From: Nemertoderma westbladi
Taxonomy: Eukaryota > Animalia > Xenacoelomorpha
Assembly (NCBI GenBank): GCA_032718475.1
Contig: JAUCBJ010001095.1
Location: 7,266 to 71,265, forward strand
Length of the DNA: 64,000 nt
Direction: 5' to 3'
Shown here: positions 10,961-22,502 of the stretch, piece after piece
How positions within the stretch are numbered: position 1 is the first letter of the stretch
Layout of the letters: each line of letters opens with the position of its first letter
Notes under the pieces: generated by a model
Database searches by the model: none
What the model was told of the DNA's origin: nothing
The model's input: the letters and a program-made list of their open reading frames with translations, nothing else
Made by a program: the position numbers and the translations under genes

Positions 10961-11566
10961 ATGGGGGCAGGAGTAGGAGTCACCTTTTGGAGACACCTCC
11001 AGTGTTGAATTAATGGCACAAAATGACCGCAAGCACCAAATATGTGTTTAGTAGGTTTTAAAAACTTAAAGGGAAATGAATATGTTACTACAGTGGTGGT
11101 ATTTTATAATCAAAACAATAAAAAACTTTATATCATATGCGACCAAAATGAGCTGGAAGTCTCTTTTTTCAATTGCGGTCAATGTTCGCCACTATCTGTC
11201 AGTTAGTTTTTGGACAATTAAAGGAGTTGTTTTTATATATATATGAGTGGAAATTTTACAGATTTATGTATTAGTTAGTTCTTATGAATCCAGCCAGCCA
11301 ACTTTCTTTCAAAGTTTCAGATTTTCAGTCTAAACGCTACATCTACGCCATTTAATAATCAGTTCGTTTGTCTTTTTACTGCTATTAAAGAAGCACCCAG
11401 CTGGAATTTTGGAGGTTTTCGTACCTGTGTCGGAAAATAATTTTTTGGTGTAAAATAATCTTACTTGGATTTTTTTTACAAATGATGATCGCCATTAAAT
11501 TATGTACTAAAAATCGACAAAGCGTTTATGATTTTTTGGGTTGAAAAAGGTGAATCCCCCGCCCCC
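10961..11566. mobile_element. Non-autonomous DNA transposon, Kolobok-like
   Basis: TTAA on both sides (10957-10960, 11567-11570); imperfect TIRs GGGGGC.GG...GGA.TCACCTTTT; no ORF. Confidence 0.55.
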
Positions 11567-12537
11567 TTAAATAGACTAATTAAAACTTACATACTAAGGT
11601 GGTTTGATACTTTTTGTTTATTTACATATTTATAAACTTTCTTAAAGTATAAGTGTGGTATGTGGTAGTAAAACGTAGCCTACAGGTTATACCCCACCAC
11701 TGACATCTCCCTCGAGTCTTATTATTATTATTATTATTAATATTTCATAACAACATGCGCACAAAGCGCTATAGTTGAAAATTGCCCGGTTCAGATTGTG
11801 CACGGAATACTTAACATAATAATGAACATACAGTAGGTTATAATGTATGTATAGGTACCGAAAAAAGAAACCGTGAAAACCCAATCAATTTCAATTTATA
11901 ACTAATATTATTATACAATACCAGACTTTTATAATAACACATAATATCTACTAGGATTACATTAATAATTATGGAATTAATAAATGAAAACTGCGGTAGT
12001 AGCTCTAATTTATATAATACTTTCAAGGTAGGAATTCAGACCGACGTCTAAATGCCTTAAAAACATATATGCTTAATTGCTTTGTTTTGTTCTGAGATGG
12101 TAAAGCTAATAACTCAAATAATTTACCAATTGTAGGTAATCTTGTGTATTTAGCGGGAAGAAATTTCTCCCGCAGGGGTTTATAAAGCGGACACTTCAAC
12201 ACGAAATGGTATTCGTCCTCAACCTCCCCCAGATCGCAAAGTTGGCACAATCTCTCGCCACGCGGAATATTGTGCCAACGACCGAGCTCGACCTGCAGAC
12301 GGTGAGACGAACATCTCAACTTTGTTAATGTCCGACGCAGGGTTGGGTAACCACTCATATAGTTTAGATACTGCTCCATACCAAACGAGTGTTTAACATA
12401 CCACAAACTACGTGAGGTTGAGGTACTAGCTAAATTAGTCCACCATGTTTGAATGAAATTATCTTTTACTATTTGCGATAGCTGACTTATAAGTATTTTA
12501 GAATCGGGAACAAATTGACTATCCCATATGTAGTTTA

Positions 12538-12952
12538 ACTTAGGTTTTGGATTAACCGGAACGACGTTTTACGTGGCGTATTCATAATTACAGGATTAAT
12601 AAAGGCAAGGAAGGGTCTTTCACCACGTGGATATATAAAAATTGAAGTTAATTATTTACCGTATGGCCATTTCACCCTCGCGGGCGTCTTCAGCGGTATA
12701 TTCAATTAAAATCGCGTTAAAATATAATTAAATTTAAAAATTAGTTCACAATTTAAAAGTTTAGGGTACCTGCCAAGCAGCATTTACAGTAAATAATGGG
12801 AAATTTACATTGAAATAATTAGGGGACTAATTAAAACAGTGAAACGTTGTGAGTACCGGTAGTGCAGTTGCATAGTTGTGGTGGGGCTACAGCGCTACAG
12901 CCTAAGCACTGACTGCCTGTCATCAGGCTGCATACGTGTACCGTGTGTACGG
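12538..12952 (-). mobile_element. 415-bp non-coding insertion with 11-bp TSD, Penelope-like/ribozyme-bearing
   Basis: TATGTAGTTTA at 12527-12537 and 12953-12963; removing the insert and one copy restores LINE peptide GAGLNYI-WDSQ. Confidence 0.85.
12657..12698 (-). ncRNA. Minimal type I hammerhead ribozyme
   Basis: Minus strand UACCG-CUGAAGA-C-GCCC(GCGA)GGGU-GAA-AUGGCCAU-A^CGGUA: conserved core, GNRA-capped stem II, palindromic stem III, 5-bp stem I, AUA cleavage triplet. Confidence 0.8.
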
Positions 12953-15900
12953 TATGTAGTTTAGTCCTGCGCCATACAACAAATCACGTACATTCGAGAC
13001 CCAGTTAGTTGTCCCATGTTTTTCAGAGTCTTCCAACAGTAAAAGGTAAGCCTGTTTCACTAAGCGGGAGTCTGGCAACCCTAGAATTTTCATCCAATAT
13101 TTAATAATACGGGTACGCCTAGATATAAACAAGGGAAATACTCCTGATTCACCATACACTAAACAATCAGGAGTGCTCGATTTAATCCCTAACATATACT
13201 TCAAAAATTTAAGCTGTACACGTTCGCAGTGGTGCGCAGAGTTAAATCCCCATACCTCACTACCATTCTCGAGAACAGAGGCCTTACGAGTGTGTTGAAT
13301 ATATGCAGTTTAAGGTCGACCGAAATATTTGGGAACTTGTGTAAGTACTTTAACGTTGCAAAGTATGCCTTCATACCCTTTTCCGCTAATAAAGACTGCG
13401 CATAATTAAAGCTACCCCCAGTGCTAAAAGCTATACCTAAGTATGTATATGACCCAGAGACCTCCAACACATTCCCCTGGAACATCCACTCCTCATGCCC
13501 GGCTAGCACTCCACCTTTACGGAATACAATAATCTTGGATTTTTTTTATGTTAACATTTAAGCCCCAATACCTAGAGTAATCGCCAAGAACGTCAAGCGC
13601 CATCTGGAGGCCATTTACAGAATTGCTAATAAGTACTACGTCGTCAGCGTACAATAAAAGGAAGAGTTTTAACACACCAACATCAATACCTTCAACTCCC
13701 CTGCCAGCTAACTCCGATTCAAGATCATTTATGAACAGTGCGAACAGTAGAGGAGAGAGGCACTCACCTTGCCGCACTCCAACCAGACATTCAAACTCTG
13801 TATAAAATGCACCCAGTACTCTAACCCTAGATTTAGCCGCAGCATACATACTTTGGATAATTTTTAGTACTTTACCCGAAAATCCCAGCGCTATTAGCTT
13901 ACACCATAGCGCAGACCTATTTTATTATAGAGTCGAACGCCTTTTGAAAATCAATAAACGCACAATATAGTTTTTTATGCGAGCCGTTGTTAAGTTTATG
14001 GTTAATTATTGCATTAAGAATAAATAATTGATCTATTGTACTGTACCCGTGTCTAAACCCAGCCTGCGCCTCAATAATTACACCAAAACAGTCGGCCCAC
14101 CACTGTAACCTATTATTAAGTATAGTTGTGAAAATTTTGCCTAGGACATTTAGTAAAGAGATCCCCCTAAAGTTGTCGGGGTCATCGGTACCGCCCTTAC
14201 CCTTATATAATGCTATAATGTTTGCCAGTCCCCACTGTTCCGGATAATAACTAGACGATAACACTGCATTAAATATTGCAGTTAATACAGTTACGAGATG
14301 TTTAGAACCAACTATAAAAACTTCCGGACCACAGTTGTCAGGGCCCGGGGATTTGCCACGTTTAAGCTTGCCAATGACGTCAAGTACTTCGTTCTCGGTA
14401 ATGGCGTCACCCAGCATATTATCAAAAATAACTTTACTCTCAGAAAACTCTAATGTAGGTTTAGCCTGAGTGCCCGCATCTACAAAGACGAAGTCATTCC
14501 CAGCATTAAGCTTACGAAAGTGTTCAGACAGCACATTCAAATTGCAGCCCTTATAGTCTGCAGAATTTCCCGAAGCCGCCTTCAGTAATTTCCAAAATTT
14601 CTTAGAGTCGGCCTCACGATATTCCGCTAACTTATTGGATGCCTGTCGGTTGTAAATAAACTTAGCGCTCCTGAGGGATTTTGCATATGTACCTCTTGCT
14701 CGTGCAAGATGACCATACGTAACATCGCCAGGGTCAGTTTTAAAACGGTTTAGAGCCTGTCTGAAAATTATTTTTGATTGGCGGCATAACTCATTGAACC
14801 AGGGGTGATGAGATTGCGGTAAATTTGCATCAGTACCGCCAGGGGGCGTCTTTACATCTGTGCTTTTACTACAAACGTCATTTACAATGTCCGTAAATTT
14901 ATTTACTAAACTATTAACCTTTGATTGTGAGTATTTGCCGTCGATAGCAGCATCCAGAAGGGAGTCTAGTTCAGACACAACTTTGGGTGATTCCAAAACA
15001 TGACAAAACTTACTTTCGGAACGAGTATTCCAAACTTTCTTAAGTATTGTAGCTGTATTTGGATCATTACCATTGCCGTCATTAATAGGATTATCCATAC
15101 CTAAGCCAGCAACCACATTTGGCGTTACAAGTAAATTTCCTAAAGAACTGGTAGAGACGGTCTTGTTAGCAAAACCAATCGTTAAAATACTGTGTTTAGA
15201 ATACTCGTTGGGGCAGTCAATGGAGAAAAAATTAATATAACGCGCTAACCCAACTTTAGCCAGTAAGTAATCTATGGAAGAGTGCCCAGTCTGTCCGGAG
15301 TGCAGGTGAGTATGAAATGTAAATTCACCAATTCCCTCGTCATTCCCTAATCTGCCATTCATAATTCTAAGTCCACTACATTTACACAGTTGCAATAATC
15401 TACGCCCATACGCATTACATACTTTGTCCCTGTTAACCCTGAAGCGAGGTAAATGTCCCCAATCTTCAGAGGAGTCATATACATAGTCTAGTGCGTAGTA
15501 AATTACTAATCGGGTCGAATTCAGAATCCTCGTCTACATAGTCCAGTCTATTACCAGTTCTACTATTCAGGTCACCTAAAACAACAAAATCCATGTCATC
15601 ATAGAAACTAATACTTGACTCCACTACATCGAACATGGATATACTGTCACCCCCGTGAGAGGTGGAACCCAACGGTGGAATATAAATCGCACAAATTACA
15701 AGATCCCTGTCAAAACCGAAACGGTCCTTGTTTAAACGGAGCCAAATCGTGTCTTCCTGTAAAAAATCATTACACTGTGTAATATTATTAGCATAAATTT
15801 CTTTATAATAGATTACAATACCACCGCTATACCGCTTTGCAGCGCGATGTTTAAACTTCCTAGAGTTAATTATCGTCTTATAACCAGTACATTCAATGTT

Positions 15901-17403
15901 TACCAAAGAATTAGGGCTTAACCATGTCTCCGAGCAAATAAATAAATCATACTTTGATACGGTAGAGAAGAAATCTGGATCGGATATTGAAGAAGTTAGA
16001 CCTTCCACATTTAAGTAACCAACTAAAAAATTGTTTGGTAAGGTTACATTGTCAACCGGTAGCGTGGAAGCATCACCATGGTTTTTTGGTGTAATGAAAT
16101 CTAATCGGGTGGGAATCCCACTGTTTTGGCAAAACCCTGAGATGCTGGTACAATAATACTAGTGCTTGGCGGTTCTACACCGGCATCGCTACGCACCGGG
16201 GGACTAGCGGAGGGTTGATAAGCACAATTTCGCAACTCGTATCTACTATTAGCACCAGCTGCAGTAACCACATTTTTGGAACGTGACTTACTGCTTTTTG
16301 ATTTCCCCTTTAACTTTATTTTTAATCTAGCCCCACCGGATAACGGTTCTAAATCAGCAGTATCAGAACTATTCTCGATCATACTGTTAAATAGCGCAAA
16401 CCTATTCTGAGTAGAAACGTTTACCATCACATCACTACTATAACATATACTTATTCAGTAGCCTTGACTCACCTCCCCTCCACCTCCCTAATTTTTCTTA
16501 AAAACAAGAGTGGAGCCTTCGGTGCTTCGTGTTTCACGTTTACTTTAATTTTATGACATTGGGTATTGGGTAGAACAAGTTTCAGTTAAACAGTATTAAC
16601 CCTCTACTGCCCCCCGTTCCACCAGTGTAACGTACCAGACACAGTGGCTTCCTGCAACTCTAAAAGTCCTATTGCGCGGAATCTAATAGGTTAAAATCGT
16701 AGCATAGATGTTAGGCAATTCAAAAAACCATAGGTTTCCTTTTGGTGGAAAATTTAGAATTAGTTGACTTATGGTATGTTTTATAGCAAAAGTCCAGATT
16801 ACTCCAATACAACTCGCAATACCGGTCTTTGACCCCAAAAAAATATTTTTGACTGTGAAAGTATACTGAGTATCCAAAATATCAAAAATGGATATTTTCA
16901 TAATATTATTGAAAAACCGTATGCTGCACCAGTGCAACATTGGATTGGGCAGTTACAGTATAGTAATTACATACGTAATATTGTTATGAATCGGCATACA
17001 TAGTTGCAATTGTAGGAATTGGGGCGTAATTATTAGAGCACCCGGTCTCTCATTTCAGTGTCCGGTTACAAATCGGAGCACCTGTTTACATATCAGAGCA
17101 GCACATGGTTACGAATTTCAGTGGCAAGTTACAAATTTAAGTATCTGGTAACGATTTGTGGCGTGCCTGTTTATGAATCTCGTGTTGCGTGCAACGAACC
17201 CTTAAGATGTTACCAAAAAATTATTTTTGAACTTTTTAAAATTATGCTTATATAGGAGATAATTACAACTAAAAATGTTTTCTGAAAAGTAATAATTCGG
17301 TAAGTAAAGGGTGATGGTATTACATTACTTATCTATTACCGCTACATACAGCTGTAAAATTCAATCTAGAGTTAAGAATCATATGTGTTATAACAACAGG
17401 CTG

Positions 17404-20400
17404 TCAATTAGTCTTATTACTTCTTTCTTCAATAACATCTTTGATTGTTTTAAGCCGCTTCAAATGACCCACCCCCAAACGGTGGTCCTGCGCAAGTTTC
17501 AGCGAAGATAACGCCACATCACAAAAGCTGCAGTCGAACGAGAGTCCCTCCGTTGAACTGAATGCATCTGGGTTTAATACAGGATCCTTATCCAAATATT
17601 CCTGCACGTAGGCCAATAACTTCATCCGTTTAGCTCCTACGGGTTTGGACTCGTTAGCCGATGATACTGGGTTACCCGTTGCTGGGTCACCTCTTGCTGG
17701 TTTACCCGCTTTGGTCTGTGGATTCTCATCGGATTTCAACAACTCCGCCACATACTTCTTCTTTTTTAGGTGAGTCTTGCTTGATAGGTGTTGTTGTACC
17801 GCATCTGGGTATTTGCATACACTCGCGCAGAGCTCGCACACCCATATATAGGAGCCATCCACGGACCTCATACTCCGCAAACTGCTGGTCTCGCTAAGCG
17901 CACCGGCACACTTTGGTATGGATTCCGATTGGGGAACAACCATTCGCCCAGTAATGGCCTTCGTAAGTTTTACGCGCTTCGCGTGTTTCATCCCGTTGAA
18001 ATGGGTATCAGCCATTTCCTTAGAGTTGAATCCAATGTTACAAACTGTACAATATTTGAAGTATTTCTTGGGGATATCGAGGAGCTCCGATTCATTCACT
18101 ACGGATGACTTCTCATCACCTTTACCGATTATTTCAGTGACGTATTTCCCTTTCCTATTAGAAATACCAGATGTTGATGGCATTCCTGTGTCTCCTCCTT
18201 TAGGATTTGTCACAGGTACAACGTCAACATCCGTATTCTTTGATGAAGCTTTACTTTTCACTCGGTTATTCGGATCTCGATAAAATGACTCTAACTGTTT
18301 AAATCGATCTTCCACTTCCAACGGTGGGCCATCACTATAATCTGAGTCATCTCTATATATTCCGTGTGGGTCGGTTTCATTCATTCCTATTATTGCATCT
18401 TCACGCGAACTCAGACCAGATGATTTGGGTTTTATAGACCTATCATATCGTTCTCTTTCCCTTGAGAAATCTCGTGTTTTCATAGATTGACCATATAGTT
18501 CTCTCTCTCTTGAGAAATCTCGTCTTATCTGAGAATTCTCGTAACGTTCGTTATCTCTTGAGAAACCCCTGGTTCTCATATAGTTATCATGTGCAGGTGG
18601 TTCTTCGTCTCTTGAGAGATCTCGTTTTCTCATTGATCTATCATATGTATCTATATCGCTTGAGAAATCTAGTGTTCTCTGAGATTTATCATATGGTACT
18701 ACATCTCTTGAGAAATCTCGTTTTCTCATAGATCTATCATATGGTTCTCCATCATTTGAGAAATCTCGTGATGTTCTCTGAGATGTATCATATGGTTCTC
18801 CATCATTTGAGAAATCTCGTGATGTTCTCTGAGATGTATCATATGGTTCTACATCTCTTGAGAAATCTCGTTTTCTCATAGATCTATCATATGGTTCTCT
18901 ATAACTCGAGAAATCTCGTGTTCTCTGAGATTTATCATATTGTTCTACATCTCTTGAGAAATCTCGTTTTCTCATAAATCTATCATATGGTTCTCTATCA
19001 CTTGAGAAATCTCGTGTTCTCTGAGAATTATCATATGGTTCTCTATCTCTTGAGAAATCTCGTATTCTCATAGAGCTATCATATGGATCTCTATCACTTG
19101 AGAAATCTTGTTTTCTAACAGAGCTATTATAAGGTTCCCTTTCTCTTGAGAAATCTTCCGTTCTGCTATATTTATTATATGGTTCGATATCACTTGAGAT
19201 ATGTCTGGTTCTAATATATTTATCATATTGTTCTACATCTCTTGACAATTTCCGAGAACTTTCTGGTCTATAAACTACAGGATCTATATTTACTGGTATT
19301 TCAGGATATCTCAATGATTCATCCGATTGCCTCCTGCACAGTGATGAGGCTCTCACTCCGACAGATCTGTCATTAAATTCTACATCTTTTATAAACTTTG
19401 GTGTTCTTATATTCCTATCTCTATCTCTAACCCTTAGCAAATCTTGATTAACGATACGTTTCTCCCAAGACTCGTTATATTCAGATATATCTCTGGTTCT
19501 TAAAAAACTATCACTAAGTTTCTCCGATTCCCCCCATGAACTCCCTGACATTTGATACGACCCTTCACTTGTATTTGTACTAGGTGACCTCTCTCGAGTT
19601 CTTTTAGATCTATGGTGTGATACTGCAACGGAATCGTATGACGTATCTCTGGTTCTCTTTCGACAAAATCGTTCTATATCCATTGAGGTCTCAGTGGTTT
19701 CTTTTGGCAAATCATATTGTTCTCTACTTGTTAACCTGCCTTTAGCTCGTTGTGATCGCGGAAACGGATCCCTATTAATCCCAGACGACTTTCTCTTTGA
19801 TTTTAATTTAATCTGATGTTCTGATTGTCGATATCTTAACGTGTCATTGATTATTATTCTTGCATTCTTCCCTTCCATAGTAATCAGTTCATTCCTCTGA
19901 CTAAGTCCATATTTCCGACTCGTTAATAAATGTGTATCAATCGTTTTTGGTATTGCAGAGTCGCCTCTACCATCCACATAATACATGATATCATTGTCAA
20001 TGTTAGATGCAGTACTGCTATTACCAGATCTGCTGATTTCCTTTGAACTAACAGGTAAACCTAATAATTTATTCTTGTAAGCTGAGGTATAAAAATGTGT
20101 AGATTTGCTTTCATTTGGGTCAATAGGTTTACCACCATGACTATCCTTACAGCTCTGACTGGTCTGTACTTCAACCCCCAAATTAACTTCGGGTACCGGT
20201 AAGCTATCACCTGGAATACACGGATTTGTATTTCCCGGAATGCACAGACCTTTATTTCCCAGAATACACGGATCTTTATTTTCCGGAATACACGGATATT
20301 TATTTCCCGGAATATACGGATCTTTATTTCCAGGAATACACGGATCTTTATTTCCATCTTTATTTCCCTTGTAATAAATATTCGATGAATGAATCTCATC

Positions 20401-21159
20401 ATCAAATACATGAAATGGAGTTAACGATATAATATTTGAATTAGTGTTGGTTCTTCCACTGACATTTACTGATTCAATAATATTACTTCCAATTAAAGAT
20501 ACATTATTTACAGTTTCCATATGATGCTCAGAGTGAAGAGCACGATCTTGGTGATTAATCACCTTTTCTTTATAAGTTTCATTATCTTGTGCCGATTCGT
20601 TGAATCTCGGAACCAAAATCTGGTAATTTGCTACCCGTACATCACTGTCATGTCTCATATTATTTAGCGGCTCTGGACAATTATTTTTTTCTTCATCAAT
20701 TAATAGACACCCCTCTTCCTCTTGCAGTTCATCATATTGTGATATAGATTTAAATTGCATAGCTCGCTGCAATAAATTATCTATAGATGAAGCGAGATTC
20801 TGTGCGCCGCCAGTTAATTCATCACCCTGTATGTTCTCACTAGGTAGATTATCAATATCGTATGTTATAGAACTGAAACCCCCAGGTTCTTCACATGCAG
20901 GACTTTTGCTGCCATTGATGTCACATTGCCCATAATGAGAGCTAAAGTCCTGTACAGAAGATTTGGAAGGGTGTAATAAGCCAGTTGTAGCTGATGTAAT
21001 CTTCTGGTGAACAACGGTACTCTTTGCGCTTTGTTCAGATTCTTCCAGTGTGTGATTTCCACTCGATCTTAGCCACTCGATTTGTTCCTGTATCAACTTA
21101 TGTTTCTGTAATAAAGTAAGATACTGTTTTTTTTTCACCTCAGAATCCCCCCTATCCAT
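17404..21159 (-). CDS. 1251-aa low-complexity RD/RS-repeat protein with three C-terminal matrin/U1-type C2H2 zinc fingers, single-exon CDS
   Basis: Long ATG-initiated ORF; CTVC..FNS..ADTHFNGMKH, CELC...QQHLSSKTH, CSFC...AQDHRLGVGH. Orthology not recognisable. Confidence 0.85.
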   Translation of the reverse strand: MDRGDSEVKKKQYLTLLQKHKLIQEQIEWLRSSGNHTLEESEQSAKSTVVHQKITSATTGLLHPSKSSVQDFSSHYGQCDINGSKSPACEEPGGFSSITYDIDNLPSENIQGDELTGGAQNLASSIDNLLQRAMQFKSISQYDELQEEEGCLLIDEEKNNCPEPLNNMRHDSDVRVANYQILVPRFNESAQDNETYKEKVINHQDRALHSEHHMETVNNVSLIGSNIIESVNVSGRTNTNSNIISLTPFHVFDDEIHSSNIYYKGNKDGNKDPCIPGNKDPYIPGNKYPCIPENKDPCILGNKGLCIPGNTNPCIPGDSLPVPEVNLGVEVQTSQSCKDSHGGKPIDPNESKSTHFYTSAYKNKLLGLPVSSKEISRSGNSSTASNIDNDIMYYVDGRGDSAIPKTIDTHLLTSRKYGLSQRNELITMEGKNARIIINDTLRYRQSEHQIKLKSKRKSSGINRDPFPRSQRAKGRLTSREQYDLPKETTETSMDIERFCRKRTRDTSYDSVAVSHHRSKRTRERSPSTNTSEGSYQMSGSSWGESEKLSDSFLRTRDISEYNESWEKRIVNQDLLRVRDRDRNIRTPKFIKDVEFNDRSVGVRASSLCRRQSDESLRYPEIPVNIDPVVYRPESSRKLSRDVEQYDKYIRTRHISSDIEPYNKYSRTEDFSREREPYNSSVRKQDFSSDRDPYDSSMRIRDFSRDREPYDNSQRTRDFSSDREPYDRFMRKRDFSRDVEQYDKSQRTRDFSSYREPYDRSMRKRDFSRDVEPYDTSQRTSRDFSNDGEPYDTSQRTSRDFSNDGEPYDRSMRKRDFSRDVVPYDKSQRTLDFSSDIDTYDRSMRKRDLSRDEEPPAHDNYMRTRGFSRDNERYENSQIRRDFSRERELYGQSMKTRDFSRERERYDRSIKPKSSGLSSREDAIIGMNETDPHGIYRDDSDYSDGPPLEVEDRFKQLESFYRDPNNRVKSKASSKNTDVDVVPVTNPKGGDTGMPSTSGISNRKGKYVTEIIGKGDEKSSVVNESELLDIPKKYFKYCTVCNIGFNSKEMADTHFNGMKHAKRVKLTKAITGRMVVPQSESIPKCAGALSETSSLRSMRSVDGSYIWVCELCASVCKYPDAVQQHLSSKTHLKKKKYVAELLKSDENPQTKAGKPARGDPATGNPVSSANESKPVGAKRMKLLAYVQEYLDKDPVLNPDAFSSTEGLSFDCSFCDVALSSLKLAQDHRLGVGHLKRLKTIKDVIEERSNKTN
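18440..19250 (-). repeat. Coding tandem repeat, about 48 bp (RDFSRDxEPYDxSxRx)
   Basis: TTGAGAAATCTCG recurs every 48-51 bp, roughly 16 units, frame preserved. Confidence 0.9.
20210..20370 (-). repeat. Coding tandem repeat, 24 bp (NKDPCIPG)
   Basis: About six GGAATACACGGATCTTTATTTCC-like units. Confidence 0.9.
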
Positions 21160-22502
21160 ATCCTCCTGTTACCATTCAAGTTGAACTTGAATATTTTATT
21201 ACAAATCTGTTTAAGTTTATATATATAACAATAATATCTAAGAATGTATAAATATAATTTAACAGCGGAAACTATCTGATTAGGCTATATAAACGACTCT
21301 ACGAATTAATTAATTTCTTAAGAGGCCTAGACCTAGAATACGGAATTAGTATGGTTATATGACAGCTGACCACCCCCCCCCCCCCCCCCCCCCCCCAGAA
21401 CTACAGTGAAATAGAGTGAGTCAGTACAGGCAGACAGGTAAGGTATAGTATCCTCAGTTAGTAAGTAGAAGTTAATGGCCTGACCTTTAAAATTAATAAA
21501 ATAAATTAAGGTTACGGGCATTACAGCGGCGGATATTTCTAATCAAAAGAATAAACGATAAGAATACAGGTTACAGTTTTATTGTTGCTCTGCTTGACTG
21601 CTTGAGGGACTTTCGTTTTTAGTTTTAGTTAGAAAAGCCAGCCCTGGGTAACAGACGTTTCGGTATAAGACTACTATTTAAGGCTACCTACGTCTAGGAC
21701 GTTTGGGCCCAATGAGTGAATTATATAAGATTTGCTTGTGGGACGTAGCCAGAGATTCACTTACTACCTAGAACGCTAGAAGCTATATAGTATAGAAAAA
21801 TAAGATTTGCAATAAACTAAATTATTGCGGGATATTGTTCGTCTAACTGTTAATTTGCGCTATGCTCCCTTCGCGTTCAAGATGTTCGAATATCGAATAT
21901 ACGCGATAATAGGCCTATATGATACAAATAATATATGTTCTTATTGTTTTTTTCTGTAATCTAACTCTAAATCATACCTTATACTTCTATGTTTTAAACA
22001 GTATTATCTTGTGGGGTTCTATCACATTTAGGCACAGTGACAAACACCTTTCCCCAGTGGCCATTTTTGGACCGATTTCTCAAATTTCACACAGCAGTGC
22101 ACTCCCTGACCTATGTGTAACTTGATAGAAAAAAAACAGTCACGTCGCAGTTTTTGGCAAGTTGCTAGCAAGGGGAGAGAGGTTAGCAACAACAAGTTGC
22201 AGTTCGTTGCGTTCCTTGGTAACTGTGCCCAGAAGCACACAACCGTCAAACCAATCGTGGCATGGCTTCAAGTTGCCCGGAAATTCAAGCGGGATGACGC
22301 GAGCGAGAAAGTTGCAATTCTTCCAATAGGTTTAGTTGAAATTGTGGCCCATACAGCCATACTTGTTGCATGTAATTATAATTTTTAGTTAATTTCATAC
22401 TTTTAAATAATAAAACTTAAAATATAATTATGTTGTGAATTACTTTACAGTAATTTGTCTCGGCATTTTATACTAAGTACAGTATTATTCATGTAATCAA
22501 TA

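Larger units (their letters stand above)
12023..16030 (-). pseudogene. LINE ORF2 (APE endonuclease, RT, C-terminal Cys/His motif), frameshifted and interrupted
   Basis: YLNVEGL, SETWL, LGDLNSR, SIDY (APE); KSPGPD, NFRGISLL, QAGFR, FIDFQKAFD, GVRQG..LSP.LF, LYADD (RT); RLCQLC...EDEYHFVLKC. Split over six ORFs. Confidence 0.92.
11719..16430 (-). mobile_element. Non-LTR retrotransposon (RTE-X- or CR1/L2-group-like), decayed, probably 5'-truncated
   Basis: (AAT)n 3' tail 11719-11740, fragmented APE-RT ORF2, ORF1-like fragment with NRFALF and a basic patch (16101-16430). Clade assignment uncertain. Confidence 0.9.

Noticed and set aside
12557-12595. Possible second hammerhead in the insert (minus strand ...AAAACGUCGUU...)
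   Set aside because: No CUGANGA core at the right spacing.
16597-16960. piggyBac-like MITE (TTAACCC...CTGCCC / GGGCAG)
   Set aside because: The right terminus and second TTAA are not found.
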